NCBI GenBank assembly: GCA_963791045.1
Contig: CAWBQK010000013.1
Coordinates: forward strand, 52,694-116,693
Direction: 5' to 3'
DNA length: 64,000 nt
Source: Candidatus Latescibacterota bacterium
GTDB taxonomy: Bacteria > Krumholzibacteriota > Krumholzibacteriia > WVZY01
Below the pieces are notes generated by a model. The model did no database searches. It saw only the letters and a program-made list of their open reading frames with translations, and was not told the origin of the DNA. Shown in pieces: positions 34,301 through 45,217 of the stretch (position 1 is its first letter; every line of letters begins with the position of its first letter). The position numbers and the translations under genes were made by a program.

Positions 34301-35165
34301 ACCATCGAATATTGCTGTGTTTGGTGCGGATGGACAGTTCGGCATGGCGCTTCAGGATGTCCTGAAAAATCATCGCGTTCATCCGCTTACATACAAGGAA
34401 CTGGATATTCTCGACCTGCCGCGCGTCGTCGAGAAGCTTTCGAGAATCAAACCCGATTGGGTAATAAACGCAGCAGCGCTGACAAACGTGGACTGGTGCG
34501 AGGAAAACGATATTAAGGCTTTCCAAGTCAATGCGCTGGGCGCCAGGCACGTCGCCGAATCCTGCCGTGCGGTCGACGCACGGTTGATCCAAATCAGCAC
34601 CGACTATGTTTTCGACGGTGCGAAAGACACCGCGTACCTGGAAGAAGACGCGGCCAGTCCGCTGAACGTGTATGGGATTTCCAAGCTCGCCGGTGAATTC
34701 TACGTTCGCAACGCCCACGCCAGACATTATATTGTCCGCACGAGCGGGCTCTACGGGCTTCACCCCTGCTGGGGGAAAGGCCGCAATTTCGTTGAGGCGA
34801 TGCTCGACTTATCAAAAGAAAAAAGCCAGCTCAATATTGTCTCCGATGAGGTTCTGACACCGACTTTCGCCGACGACCTTGCCCGGCAGCTTGAAGTAAT
34901 GATTAACGCGGAGCCGCCTTACGGCATCTACCACGCAACCAACGCCGGGGAGTGCTCGTGGTACGATTTCGCAAAAACGATCTTTGAAATTGCCGGGATT
35001 ACCGTAGATGTCAGGGAAACGACGGCGGCCGAGTGGAACGCCCCCGCGACGCGCCCGTCGCGTTCGGTTCTTGACAACGCGGCGCTACGGCACGTGGGAA
35101 TTGACCTGATGCCCGATTGGAAGGACGCCCTGGGGCGATACCTTTCAAGAAAACTTGGGCACTAG
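34290..35165 (+). CDS. rmlD: dTDP-4-dehydrorhamnose reductase
   Basis: RmlD conservation (IAVFGADGQFG, ...NVDWCEEN..., QISTDYVFDG, YGISKLAGE). GTG start overlaps the GT2 stop. Confidence 0.85.
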   Translation: MTTKPSNIAVFGADGQFGMALQDVLKNHRVHPLTYKELDILDLPRVVEKLSRIKPDWVINAAALTNVDWCEENDIKAFQVNALGARHVAESCRAVDARLIQISTDYVFDGAKDTAYLEEDAASPLNVYGISKLAGEFYVRNAHARHYIVRTSGLYGLHPCWGKGRNFVEAMLDLSKEKSQLNIVSDEVLTPTFADDLARQLEVMINAEPPYGIYHATNAGECSWYDFAKTIFEIAGITVDVRETTAAEWNAPATRPSRSVLDNAALRHVGIDLMPDWKDALGRYLSRKLGH

Positions 35166-35177
35166 CCTTCGGGCTAG
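35162..35177. terminator. perfect 6-bp hairpin with UUCG tetraloop (CTAGCC-TTCG-GGCTAG), possible bidirectional terminator
   Basis: It overlaps the rmlD stop and lies at the 3' end of the convergent small minus-strand gene. There is no strong U-tract on the plus side. TTTT follows on the minus side. Confidence 0.4.
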
Positions 35178-35446
35178 CAAAGGAACTTGACGAGGCAAAC
35201 CACACCGGCGACACACAATACGACGGGGAGCGCCACAATAGTCAGGACGAGCGGCAGAGCCAGCGACACCGCGCCAAACGATATCAAAGCGATGGGAACG
35301 GCAAAGACGAGAACCAGCAGCCCTTTGACAAAAAACAAACCGAGCTTGATCGGGATCAAAACCAGGGCAAAAAGGGCCTTTGCGACAAAAACGAGAAACC
35401 CAATCGCCAGAAACATCGCCATGACCACAATGAGAAATTCAATCAT
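35174..35446 (-). CDS. small highly hydrophobic membrane protein (approx 90 aa)
   Basis: AAGGTGG RBS 5 nt before ATG (MIEFLIVVMAMFLAIGF...). Three predicted TM helices. The opposite-strand ORF 35117..35449 is low-complexity and charged. Confidence 0.4.
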   Translation of the reverse strand: MIEFLIVVMAMFLAIGFLVFVAKALFALVLIPIKLGLFFVKGLLVLVFAVPIALISFGAVSLALPLVLTIVALPVVLCVAGVVCLVKFLC

Positions 35447-35548
35447 TGAAACCACCTTCGTTGAACTTCTTACACCTTAGAATACGTAGCCATTCAATCT
35501 GAAGTTTCAAAAGAAACGATGGCTTATTTACCGACGGGAGAAGATCCG

Positions 35549-37678
35549 ATGCACGCGAATCCAGCAAAACACCTAAAATGCTTTATTGCAGTGGTTTGTC
35601 TGGCCGCCATGCTTATACCGGCGAGCCCCGGCGACACTCTGGCAAAAATCATCGACCTCGAGACCGAGGCCCCGAATTTCCGGCTGACCGGGGTCAACGG
35701 GGATGATTTCGCCGGTCAAACCGTTCTTCTTGGTGACTTCAATGGAGATAACCGGGATGACATGATAATCGGGGCGAGGGGTGTGGATTTTGATGGGCGG
35801 AGTTCGTGCGGCGCTATCTATATTGTACTCTCGAGCGACACGCTGACCTCTCCCATTGATTTCGCTGCCGATCGCCCGGATCTCAAACGAATTTTCGGCC
35901 CCACGGCCAACGCACAGGCCGGATCGAATGTCGCTTGCGGCGATGTCAATAATGACGGTCTCTCTGACATTGTCTGCGGAATCCCGACGGCGAACCCGAA
36001 CGGGAAATTCTCGGCCGGCGAGGTATACATTATATATGGAAGCGACACCCCGGCCGACACGCTCGATCTCGGCGGACCTGCGGCGGGATTCACGGTGATC
36101 CAGGGCGAAAACGTTTTCGACAAGCTCGGGGAATCCGTCGCCGTCGGTGACATCAACGATGATAATTTTGGAGATATTCTCGCGGGAGCGCCTTTCGCCA
36201 CCGCCGCGGGAAGGCAGTTCACCGGTGTTCTGTTCGTGATGCACGGGGCCGCGTCGCTCGCCCCGGTCATCGATCTGACCGGGTTGACGACGGGTGTCAC
36301 ACGAGTTTTTGGAACCCACGATAACGACACCTTTGGGACGAGTTGTTTCAGCGCGGACGCGACAAACGACGGCGTGGATGACATTCTCGCGGGAGCCCCG
36401 CAAGCCACGGTTCTTGGGCGGTCATTCGCCGGCGCGGGATATCTTATCCCCGGATCGACCACGCTTCCCGACACGATCGATACGCTCGCCGATACCTCGA
36501 CCGGTATCGTACGATTCCTGGGCGCGGACGCCGACGTTCTTGCCGGTTCCGGGTTCGCCGTCGCGGATCTGGACGGCGATCTGAACAATGAACTGCTCGT
36601 ATCGTCTCCCGCGTATCCGACAAGCGGCAGGATCGGGGCCGGGGCTGTCTACTCTTTTAACGGAGCAACCAGCCTGCCCGATACCGTCGATCTGGCCTCA
36701 CCACCGGCCGGGACAGTCCGAATCGACGGACCCACGCGGGGACTGAAAATCGGCTTCCATCTGGCGACGGGCGACTTGAATTTCGACGGTATCGATGACC
36801 TCGTAATCGGTTCACCCGAGGCCTCGCCCCCGGACATACCCAACCCAAGAAATCAGGCCGGGATAGTCTATATTGTCTTCGGGCGCGAAGTATTCCCCGC
36901 CGTGGTGGATATCGGCGTCGAACAGACAGGTATTACAACGATTTATGGAGCCGCCCCTCTGAACGCGACTGGGGTGTCGGTGTCGGTGGGGCGTATTGAC
37001 GCCGACGGATTCGACGACCTTCTCATCGGGGCCAACACAACCGATCAGGATGCCGCCTTTTCGGCGGGCGAAGCGATCGTCCTCCTCGGAAATCCCGGAA
37101 TAACGCCGACACAGGTCACATTCCACAATGCGTGGGTCGACGCGGGGAGCGTTTGGCTCGAATGGCATACAAGGGATGATATCGACCCCGATTCGCACAT
37201 TGTGCTGCGCTCGAAGGGCGGCGCGGATGGCCAACTCGTGCGTCTTCCGCTCGAGGGCGCCCTGACGCGAACCGGGCCCGGGCAGTTCGTTTTCGAAGAC
37301 AAAGAGGCAAGTTTGGCGGGTTCGTATTCGTATACGGTAGCGACGGCCGGGGCGGATCCACAAACCTTCTTTACCGCAACCGTCGACGTCCCAACCCCGG
37401 ACGGGGCGTTTCTCCGCGCCAACGCTCCCAATCCTTTCCGACACGAGACATCATTCTTGTTCGAAATCCCAAGGGCCGGGCGCGTGGCGATTCGTATATA
37501 CGACGTCAGCGGCGCTCTCATCGCCACACTTGGGCCCAGGAACTACGCGGCGGGCAGCGCGACGGCAACCTGGAATGGCCGGACTCGAAACGGAGGACTC
37601 GCCCCCACGGGGATATATTTTGCCCGTATGGAGTACGAGGGAGGGGCCTTCCAGCGGAAAATATTGCTCCTTCGCTAA
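35549..37678 (+). CDS. FG-GAP-repeat secreted protein with T9SS C-terminal sorting domain
   Basis: Signal peptide. Multiple FG-GAP repeats (GDFNGDNRDDMIIG, GDVNNDGLSDIV, GDINDDNFGDILAG). The C-terminal ~80 aa (PNPFRHETSFLFEIPRAGRVAIRIYDVSGALIATL...GIYFARMEY) match the T9SS type-A CTD. Confidence 0.85.
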   Translation: MHANPAKHLKCFIAVVCLAAMLIPASPGDTLAKIIDLETEAPNFRLTGVNGDDFAGQTVLLGDFNGDNRDDMIIGARGVDFDGRSSCGAIYIVLSSDTLTSPIDFAADRPDLKRIFGPTANAQAGSNVACGDVNNDGLSDIVCGIPTANPNGKFSAGEVYIIYGSDTPADTLDLGGPAAGFTVIQGENVFDKLGESVAVGDINDDNFGDILAGAPFATAAGRQFTGVLFVMHGAASLAPVIDLTGLTTGVTRVFGTHDNDTFGTSCFSADATNDGVDDILAGAPQATVLGRSFAGAGYLIPGSTTLPDTIDTLADTSTGIVRFLGADADVLAGSGFAVADLDGDLNNELLVSSPAYPTSGRIGAGAVYSFNGATSLPDTVDLASPPAGTVRIDGPTRGLKIGFHLATGDLNFDGIDDLVIGSPEASPPDIPNPRNQAGIVYIVFGREVFPAVVDIGVEQTGITTIYGAAPLNATGVSVSVGRIDADGFDDLLIGANTTDQDAAFSAGEAIVLLGNPGITPTQVTFHNAWVDAGSVWLEWHTRDDIDPDSHIVLRSKGGADGQLVRLPLEGALTRTGPGQFVFEDKEASLAGSYSYTVATAGADPQTFFTATVDVPTPDGAFLRANAPNPFRHETSFLFEIPRAGRVAIRIYDVSGALIATLGPRNYAAGSATATWNGRTRNGGLAPTGIYFARMEYEGGAFQRKILLLR

Positions 37679-37769
37679 CCGAATTGTTAACATTGTCAAT
37701 TGTTGAACGTGTCACTTATGCCGCACATCGAAATCGCCGCGAACGAATGCCCCAACGTCAATTTGGGTA

Positions 37770-37798
37770 TTGACTTTGGCAATGAATTCACGTATCTT
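37770..37798 (+). promoter_or_regulatory. candidate sigma-70 promoter for the atp operon (TTGACT-17-TATCTT)
   Basis: TTGACT at 37770-37775 and TATCTT at 37793-37798, about 115 nt upstream of the atpZ-like start. Confidence 0.35.
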
Positions 37799-37911
37799 GC
37801 CGTGGCTATTTTGAGCGTTGTTATCCTATCGGTAACGCTGGCGGCCGGGCCCTTTTGGATCGGTTTGTAGTTCCCTTGCAAAAGAATAATCAAGAAGACC
37901 ACTACTGGGCG

Positions 37912-38130
37912 ATGCGCCAGGTTGGTCTGCTTACAACGATCCCCGTCCTGCTCGCGGTATCTCCATTAATTGGTTTTTTTATGGGTCAGTTTCTCGACAA
38001 GAAACTGAATACGGATCCGATTTTCACAATCGGATTTCTCATTCTCGGTTTCATCGCTGGTGCAAGACAGACCGCGCGGGTCATCAAACTCGCCAGCAAA
38101 GAAAAGAAGAGAAACGACGATGGGTCTTGA
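37912..38130 (+). CDS. AtpZ/AtpI-family small membrane protein (F-ATPase-associated)
   Basis: Two TM helices (MRQVGLLTTIPVLLAVSPLIGFFMGQFLD...IGFLILGFIAGARQTARVI), directly upstream of atpI/atpB. Confidence 0.6.
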   Translation: MRQVGLLTTIPVLLAVSPLIGFFMGQFLDKKLNTDPIFTIGFLILGFIAGARQTARVIKLASKEKKRNDDGS

Positions 38131-38527
38131 ATTCCTGACACGAGTGAGAAAGACATCCATCGTATCGGGTGCCGTCGTAGCTCTTATCATGTTCGTTTAC
38201 GCCAGCCCCGCTGCAGCCATCGCTTTTGCCCTGGGGTGTGCGTGGTCGCTCGTTAACCTGCACATGATTCTGGTTCTCGTCCGGCTCGTCGTCAACGATC
38301 CGGAAAACCATAAGATCCGAATAGCCGTAGTGACGATAATTAAAGTCCCTGCGTTGTACACGGCAGGATATTTTCTTCTCACAACCGGCTACTTGCCTGT
38401 CATGGCTTTGCTTTCGGGTTTTATCTGGCCGCTTTTCGTGGTGTTTCTCAAGGCGGGAGGGCGGCTGGTTCTCGGTCTGGACCACCCCAACCGGGGCGCT
38501 CAAACCCAAAAAGGTATTCGACAATGA
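38120..38527 (+). CDS. atpI: ATP synthase protein I-like membrane protein
   Basis: Approx 135 aa, 3-4 TM helices, immediately upstream of atpB, overlaps the previous gene by 11 nt. Confidence 0.6.
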   Translation: MGLEFLTRVRKTSIVSGAVVALIMFVYASPAAAIAFALGCAWSLVNLHMILVLVRLVVNDPENHKIRIAVVTIIKVPALYTAGYFLLTTGYLPVMALLSGFIWPLFVVFLKAGGRLVLGLDHPNRGAQTQKGIRQ

Positions 38528-39384
38528 CACGATACGTGACGAACAAGCTCTACGCTCTCGCCGCCGCGACATCGATCTTTCTCGTGTCGGCGAGTGGTTA
38601 TGCCGCCGCATCCGGCGAAGGCGAGGCGCACGAACTCCCCAACTTTATCACGGTTATATATCACTTCCTCGTAGGTACCACTGTCGGCGAATTTCTCCAC
38701 AAGTGGGAGAACCTGATCTTTTCCTTTCTCATCGCCGGCCTTCTTATATTGATCGTTAGAATCGCCTCAAAGAATCCCAAGATGATCCCGGGGAAGTTCC
38801 AGAACGCCATCGAGTTCGTCATCGAAGAGCTGGAAAAGTTCATCGTCGGCATTCTAGGTCCACGCGGCAAAAAGTTCGTCCCGTTTCTTGGCACCCTCTT
38901 TCTCTATATTCTTCTGATGAACTACATGGGATTGATTCCCCTTATGAAAGCGCCCACAGCCGGGATCAACCAGACCATTGCCCTGGCCTTGTGCGTTTTC
39001 GCCTATGTCCAGTTCACCGGGCTCAAAGAAAACGGTTTTCTTGGTTATCTCGACCATCTCGCGGGGCAGCCGCGGTCGATGATGCAGTACTTCTTCGTAC
39101 CGATGATGTTTCCGCTTCACATCATCGAGGAACTTGCCAAACCGATGAGCTTATCGCTTCGTCTCTTTGGTAACGTAACCGGTGAAGACATTCTGATTTT
39201 CATTTTTGTCGGTCTTGGGGTTGGATTGATGAGTTTTTCACACCTCCCCATCGGTATCCCGCTGCAGCTGCCGTTCTACTTTCTTGCGCTGCTTACGGGA
39301 TTTATTCAAGCACTCGTGTTCATGTTGTTGAGTACGATTTATTTCTCAATGATGCTTCCGCATGATGAGGATGAGCATCACTAG
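38524..39384 (+). CDS. atpB: F0F1 ATP synthase subunit a
   Basis: Conserved R-containing helix (LSLRLFGNVTGEDILI) and overall subunit-a topology. Confidence 0.95.
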   Translation: MTRYVTNKLYALAAATSIFLVSASGYAAASGEGEAHELPNFITVIYHFLVGTTVGEFLHKWENLIFSFLIAGLLILIVRIASKNPKMIPGKFQNAIEFVIEELEKFIVGILGPRGKKFVPFLGTLFLYILLMNYMGLIPLMKAPTAGINQTIALALCVFAYVQFTGLKENGFLGYLDHLAGQPRSMMQYFFVPMMFPLHIIEELAKPMSLSLRLFGNVTGEDILIFIFVGLGVGLMSFSHLPIGIPLQLPFYFLALLTGFIQALVFMLLSTIYFSMMLPHDEDEHH

Positions 39385-39406
39385 TCCTTAAAAGGAGGAT
39401 TCTACA

Positions 39407-39646
39407 ATGGACTATCAAGCAATGTTGGGTTTGTCTCTCCCGATCGGACTCGGTATCGCCGCTGTGGGTAGCGGTCTCGGTCTTGGCAAGGCCGTCGGTT
39501 CGGCAATGGAAGCCATCGGTCGTCAGCCTGAAGCTTCGGGTAAGATCCAGGTCGCGATGATCATCGGCGCCGCGCTCATCGAAGCGCTCACCATTTACGC
39601 GCTGGTAACCGTCTTCTTGCTTCAGGGCAAGATTGGAACCCACTAG
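39407..39646 (+). CDS. atpE: F0F1 ATP synthase subunit c
   Basis: 79-aa hairpin protein with the conserved carboxylate helix ([13 protein letters not shown]). AAAGGAGG RBS. Confidence 0.95.
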   Translation: MDYQAMLGLSLPIGLGIAAVGSGLGLGKAVGSAMEAIGRQPEASGKIQVAMIIGAALIEALTIYALVTVFLLQGKIGTH

Positions 39647-39680
39647 TAAATCAGTCGCCACAGTCATCCGATTGACCGCA

Positions 39681-39710
39681 GGCCGAGGGCGGCACGCGTT
39701 CGCCTTGGCC
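39681..39710 (+). other. imperfect stem-loop between atpE and atpF (GGCCGAGGGCG...CGCCTTGGCC)
   Basis: It lies in the 89-nt atpE-atpF spacer with no U-tract. Possible attenuator or processing structure. Confidence 0.3.
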
Positions 39711-39735
39711 CGGTTGAATCGATAAGGAGCTTATT

Positions 39736-40221
39736 ATGCAGATCGAGTGGGGACAGATCGTCACCCATATTGTCGGCTTCCTTATCGCTGTGTGGTTGGT
39801 GAGACGATACGCCTGGGACAAACTCATGGCGTTTATCGAGCACAGGCGTGAGACCATCGCGAATTCGTTCTCCGAAATCGAACAGGGTCGGGAGGACGTT
39901 GCCGCGCAGAAGCAGCACTACGAGCAGGAACTCGAAAACATCGAGGCCACCCGCCGCGTCAAGATTCAGGAAGCGGCCCGCGAAGCGGAAACATTCGCCG
40001 GCGAGATCCGTGAAGAGGCCCGCAAAGAAGCCGTAGGAATGCGGCAGAAGGCCAAGCAGGATATCGTGGTTGAGATCGACAGGGCCAACGTGTTGTTCAA
40101 GGAAAACATGGTCGAGGCGGTTTTTTACGCCACCGAAAAGATCATTAAGGACAAGCTCGACAAGGATAAGCACACCGCGCTCATCAACGATTTCCTCGAC
40201 GAGGTAAAGGTGGATCAATAG
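39736..40221 (+). CDS. atpF: F0F1 ATP synthase subunit b
   Basis: N-terminal TM helix followed by a long charged coiled coil (EQELENIEATRRVKIQEAAREAE...). Confidence 0.9.
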   Translation: MQIEWGQIVTHIVGFLIAVWLVRRYAWDKLMAFIEHRRETIANSFSEIEQGREDVAAQKQHYEQELENIEATRRVKIQEAAREAETFAGEIREEARKEAVGMRQKAKQDIVVEIDRANVLFKENMVEAVFYATEKIIKDKLDKDKHTALINDFLDEVKVDQ

Positions 40222-40277
40222 CGCGAACCGCCCCGGGGCGGACCGCCAGGAATCCAGACAAGGAAGAGGTTTCCGCA

Positions 40278-40871
40278 GTGATAATCAGCGGGATAGCACA
40301 ACGATACGCAAAAGCGTTACTCCAGGCCGCCTTGAAACAAGACGTGGTCAAGGAAGTGTACGAGGACACGCAGGGTTTTCTCTCACTATTGAGCGAAGAG
40401 CCCGCGTTCCGGAACTTTCTGCTGGCGCCGCAGGTGTCGACCGAGAAGAAGCAGGATGTCATCAAGAAGGCCATTGGCCCGCACGCTTCCCGCCTGGTAG
40501 TGGAAATCATCGATCTTCTCATCGAGAAGAAGCGGCTGATGTTTGTCGAGGAGATCGCCGAGGCTTATAAGGTTCTCTACGAAAAACACATGGGAATCGT
40601 GGAGATTCAAGCGGTTACCGCAATACCACTGGATGATGCGCTCGAGACAAAGCTACGCACGAAACTCGAGAGCGAAACGCAAAAGACCATTCGGATCAAG
40701 ACGGTGGTCGATCCGTCGATTATCGGCGGCGTAGTTTTGCGAATGGAAGACAAGGTTATCGACGGAAGTATCCGCCACAAAATCGATATGCTCAAACGGC
40801 ATGTCGGGGAAACAAGAGTCGAATCTCTCTCCGGTGCCGGTGGCACGCCTCCCGCTGAAAACGATGAATGA
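40278..40871 (+). CDS. atpH: F0F1 ATP synthase subunit delta (OSCP)
   Basis: OSCP conservation (RYAKALLQAA..., ...AVTAIPLDD..., IIGGVVLRMEDKVIDGSIR). GTG start. Confidence 0.9.
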   Translation: MIISGIAQRYAKALLQAALKQDVVKEVYEDTQGFLSLLSEEPAFRNFLLAPQVSTEKKQDVIKKAIGPHASRLVVEIIDLLIEKKRLMFVEEIAEAYKVLYEKHMGIVEIQAVTAIPLDDALETKLRTKLESETQKTIRIKTVVDPSIIGGVVLRMEDKVIDGSIRHKIDMLKRHVGETRVESLSGAGGTPPAENDE

Positions 40872-40937
40872 TATTTAATATGAAAGACGCACACGCGACA
40901 CGCACGAGTTGAAAACGTCCGAACAGGAGAAATCAAG

Positions 40938-42464
40938 ATGGCTTTTAGACCGGAAGAAGTGAGCTCCATCATTCAAAAAGAAATCGAGGGATACGAAGCC
41001 AGCCTCGATACCGAATCCGTAGGGACGATCCTCCAAATCGGGGACGGAATCGCGCGAATCTGGGGACTCAGAGACGCGATGGCCGGCGAACTCCTCGAAT
41101 TTCCCGGCGGAATCATGGGGATGGTTCTCAACCTCGAGCCGGACAACGTCGGCGCCGTGCTTTTCGGACCGGAATCGAACATCAAGGAAGGCGACACGGT
41201 CAAGCGGACCGGCAAAGTGGCGCAGATCCCAGTCGGCGACGCGCTTCTCGGGCGTGTGGTGGACTCGCTGGGCCAGCCCATCGACGGCAAGGGCCCGATC
41301 GTGACCGAAGAGTCGCGGTTGATCGAGAGCATCGCGCCCAACGTCGTGCAGCGGCAGCCGGTCAAGGAGCCTCTCCATACTGGACTCAAGGCCATCGACT
41401 CGATGATTCCGATTGGACGGGGTCAGCGAGAACTCATCATCGGTGACCGCCAGACCGGTAAGACGGCGATCGCAATCGATACGATCATCAATCAGAAGAA
41501 TTCCGGCGTCATATGCGTCTACGTCGTCATCGGCCAGAAAGAATCGACTGTCGCGCAGGTCGTAAAGACACTGGAAGACCATGGCGCCATGGAATACACC
41601 GTCATTGTAGCCGCCACGGCGAGCGACCCCGCGCCATTGCAGTTCCTTGCCCCCTATGCGGGCTGCGCGCTGGGCGAATACTACCGAGACAAAGGCGGCC
41701 ACGCCGTCTGCTTCTACGACGATCTTTCCAAGCACGCGCAGGCATACAGACAGGTCTCGCTTCTGCTCCGGCGGCCGCCGGGACGCGAAGCGTTCCCCGG
41801 CGATGTGTTCTATCTCCATTCGAGACTTCTCGAGCGCGCCGCCAAGCTGAACGACGAATTGGGCGCCGGGTCACTCACCGCGCTTCCGATCATCGAAACC
41901 CAGCTCGGTGACGTCACGGCGTACATTCCGACAAACGTCATCTCGATTACCGACGGACAGATCTTTCTTCAGAACGATCTCTTTTACTCGGGCGTTCGTC
42001 CGGCAATCAACGTGGGTATTTCGGTCTCGCGAGTCGGCAGTAACGCGCAAACCAAGATGATGAAGCAGGTAGCCGGCGGGCTCCGCATGGACCTTGCCCA
42101 GTACAGAGAGCTCGCCAGCTTCGCCAGGTTCGGTTCGGATCTCGACAAAAACACCGTCGCACAATTAACGCGTGGCGAAAAGATGGTCGAAATCCTCAAG
42201 CAGGATCAGTACGTGCCGATGCCCGTGGAAAAACAGGTCATGATCATTTTCCTGGCCAACCGCGGCTATCTGGACGACATCCCGACCGAAGAACTGAAAC
42301 GCTTTGAAAGTGAGTACACGACGTTCGTCGAGGCCGAGTACCCGGACCTCGTGCGCACGCTTGCCAAGGAACTCAAGATCAGCGACGCGGCCGAACAGCA
42401 GATGATCCAGGCGGCCGAAAAGTTCAAATCAGGTTTTATGCAGGCGATCCAGAAGACCGACTAA
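40938..42464 (+). CDS. atpA: F0F1 ATP synthase subunit alpha
   Basis: Walker [19 protein letters not shown] and full alpha conservation. Confidence 0.97.
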   Translation: MAFRPEEVSSIIQKEIEGYEASLDTESVGTILQIGDGIARIWGLRDAMAGELLEFPGGIMGMVLNLEPDNVGAVLFGPESNIKEGDTVKRTGKVAQIPVGDALLGRVVDSLGQPIDGKGPIVTEESRLIESIAPNVVQRQPVKEPLHTGLKAIDSMIPIGRGQRELIIGDRQTGKTAIAIDTIINQKNSGVICVYVVIGQKESTVAQVVKTLEDHGAMEYTVIVAATASDPAPLQFLAPYAGCALGEYYRDKGGHAVCFYDDLSKHAQAYRQVSLLLRRPPGREAFPGDVFYLHSRLLERAAKLNDELGAGSLTALPIIETQLGDVTAYIPTNVISITDGQIFLQNDLFYSGVRPAINVGISVSRVGSNAQTKMMKQVAGGLRMDLAQYRELASFARFGSDLDKNTVAQLTRGEKMVEILKQDQYVPMPVEKQVMIIFLANRGYLDDIPTEELKRFESEYTTFVEAEYPDLVRTLAKELKISDAAEQQMIQAAEKFKSGFMQAIQKTD

Positions 42465-42482
42465 ACGAGACGGACGACTAAA

Positions 42483-43421
42483 GTGCCTTCAATTCTCGAC
42501 ATAAAAGATCGAATCAACGCGATCGAAAACATCAGGAAGCTCACGCGGGCGATGCAGCTCGTCGCCGCGTCCAAATTCAAACGCGCCGAGAACAGAACCA
42601 AAACGATGCGGCCGTACAGCGAAGAACTCGACGGGATCCTCGGGATTCTCGCCGGGCAAACGCAAGACGCGGATGATGGCGGTTCGTCGGAGACGACGTT
42701 TGAATTGTCGTTTGGAGAGGATGAACCCTCCATCGAGGTCGCCGTGGACGATTTCTTCGAAAAACCGGACGAACCGGAACCGAAGCGCCCCGGCCTGATT
42801 ATAGTGACTTCGGACCGCGGACTCTGCGGCGCGTTCAATACGCGGTTGATCCGAGCGGCCCTCGAATTCGTCAAGACCCACCCGGAAATGGATGTCCAGT
42901 ACATACCCATCGGGCGAAAAGGAAACGCTTACTTCAAAGCGAGACGGATACCGGTGCTTTTCTCCGAGGAAGGATTGAGCGACAAACTCGACCTCAAAGA
43001 GATTAAGAATCTGACGACCAGGCTCGTTCAACTTTACGTTTCGGGCGAAGTCGACGCTCTGTATCTCGTGTTTGCCGAGTTCAAATCGGCGATGGTTTCG
43101 AAGATCCGGGTGGACAAGTTTCTCAGTATTCCCAGAGTCGAAACCGACGACGAGAAGCAGCAGGATGATTACATTCTGGAGCCCGACCGCGACGCGACAT
43201 ATGAGACCCTTCTCCCTCTTTATGCATCGACAAAGATATTTGCGACGCTCGCCGACTCATTTGCATCAGAGTTCGGCGCGAGGATGTCGGCAATGCAGCT
43301 GGCGACCAAGAACGCGGAAGAGCTGCTGGACTCGCTCGTCATTCTCCGCAACCGGATGCGGCAAACAACAATTACGACTCAGCTCACCGAAATCGTCGGT
43401 GGCGCTGAAGCGCTCAAGTAA
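42483..43421 (+). CDS. atpG: F0F1 ATP synthase subunit gamma (with ~45-aa acidic insertion)
   Basis: Gamma N- and C-terminal helices (IKDRINAIENIRKLTRAMQLVAASKF...; ...LTEIVGGAEAL). Insertion QTQDADDGGSSETTFELSFGEDEPSIEVAVDDFFEKPDEPEP lies before LIIVTSDRGLCGAFN. Confidence 0.95.
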   Translation: MPSILDIKDRINAIENIRKLTRAMQLVAASKFKRAENRTKTMRPYSEELDGILGILAGQTQDADDGGSSETTFELSFGEDEPSIEVAVDDFFEKPDEPEPKRPGLIIVTSDRGLCGAFNTRLIRAALEFVKTHPEMDVQYIPIGRKGNAYFKARRIPVLFSEEGLSDKLDLKEIKNLTTRLVQLYVSGEVDALYLVFAEFKSAMVSKIRVDKFLSIPRVETDDEKQQDDYILEPDRDATYETLLPLYASTKIFATLADSFASEFGARMSAMQLATKNAEELLDSLVILRNRMRQTTITTQLTEIVGGAEALK

Positions 43422-43431
43422 AGAGATTTGA

Positions 43432-44916
<1,485 letters not shown>

Positions 44917-44920
44917 GAAG

Positions 44921-45217
44921 GTGTGCCCCGCTGTGGACCCGACATTCAGTTTCAAAATCCTGAGCCCCAAGGCTCAAATTCTCGACGAAGAGGTCGTTTC
45001 GATAGTCGCCCCGGGCGCGGCCGGTTATCTCGGTGTCCTCGCCAATCATGCTCCATTGATCACCACAATGACCGATGGCGAGTTAAAGGTCCGTTTTGCC
45101 GGTGGCAACGAGAAACGGTTTCATATAACGGGTGGGATTTTGCGCGTGTCACACAACACCGCTGTTTTGCTGACCGAATCGATCGATGAGGTTGGAGGGT
45201 CAGGGGCTACAGGCTAG
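44921..45217 (+). CDS. atpC: F0F1 ATP synthase subunit epsilon (short form, beta-sandwich only)
   Basis: [49 protein letters not shown] is the epsilon N-domain. GTG start at 44921 or 44933. About 95 aa, lacking the C-terminal helical hairpin. Confidence 0.8.
   Translation: MCPAVDPTFSFKILSPKAQILDEEVVSIVAPGAAGYLGVLANHAPLITTMTDGELKVRFAGGNEKRFHITGGILRVSHNTAVLLTESIDEVGGSGATG

Noticed and set aside
35117-35449. Plus-strand 110-aa ORF between rmlD and the FG-GAP gene
   Set aside because: Highly charged low-complexity translation without RBS. The minus-strand hydrophobic ORF with AAGGTGG RBS is the more plausible gene.
37680-37730. Direct repeat AATTGTT(A/G)AAC x2 right after the FG-GAP gene stop
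   Set aside because: Too short and without hairpin potential or U-tract to call a terminator or binding site.
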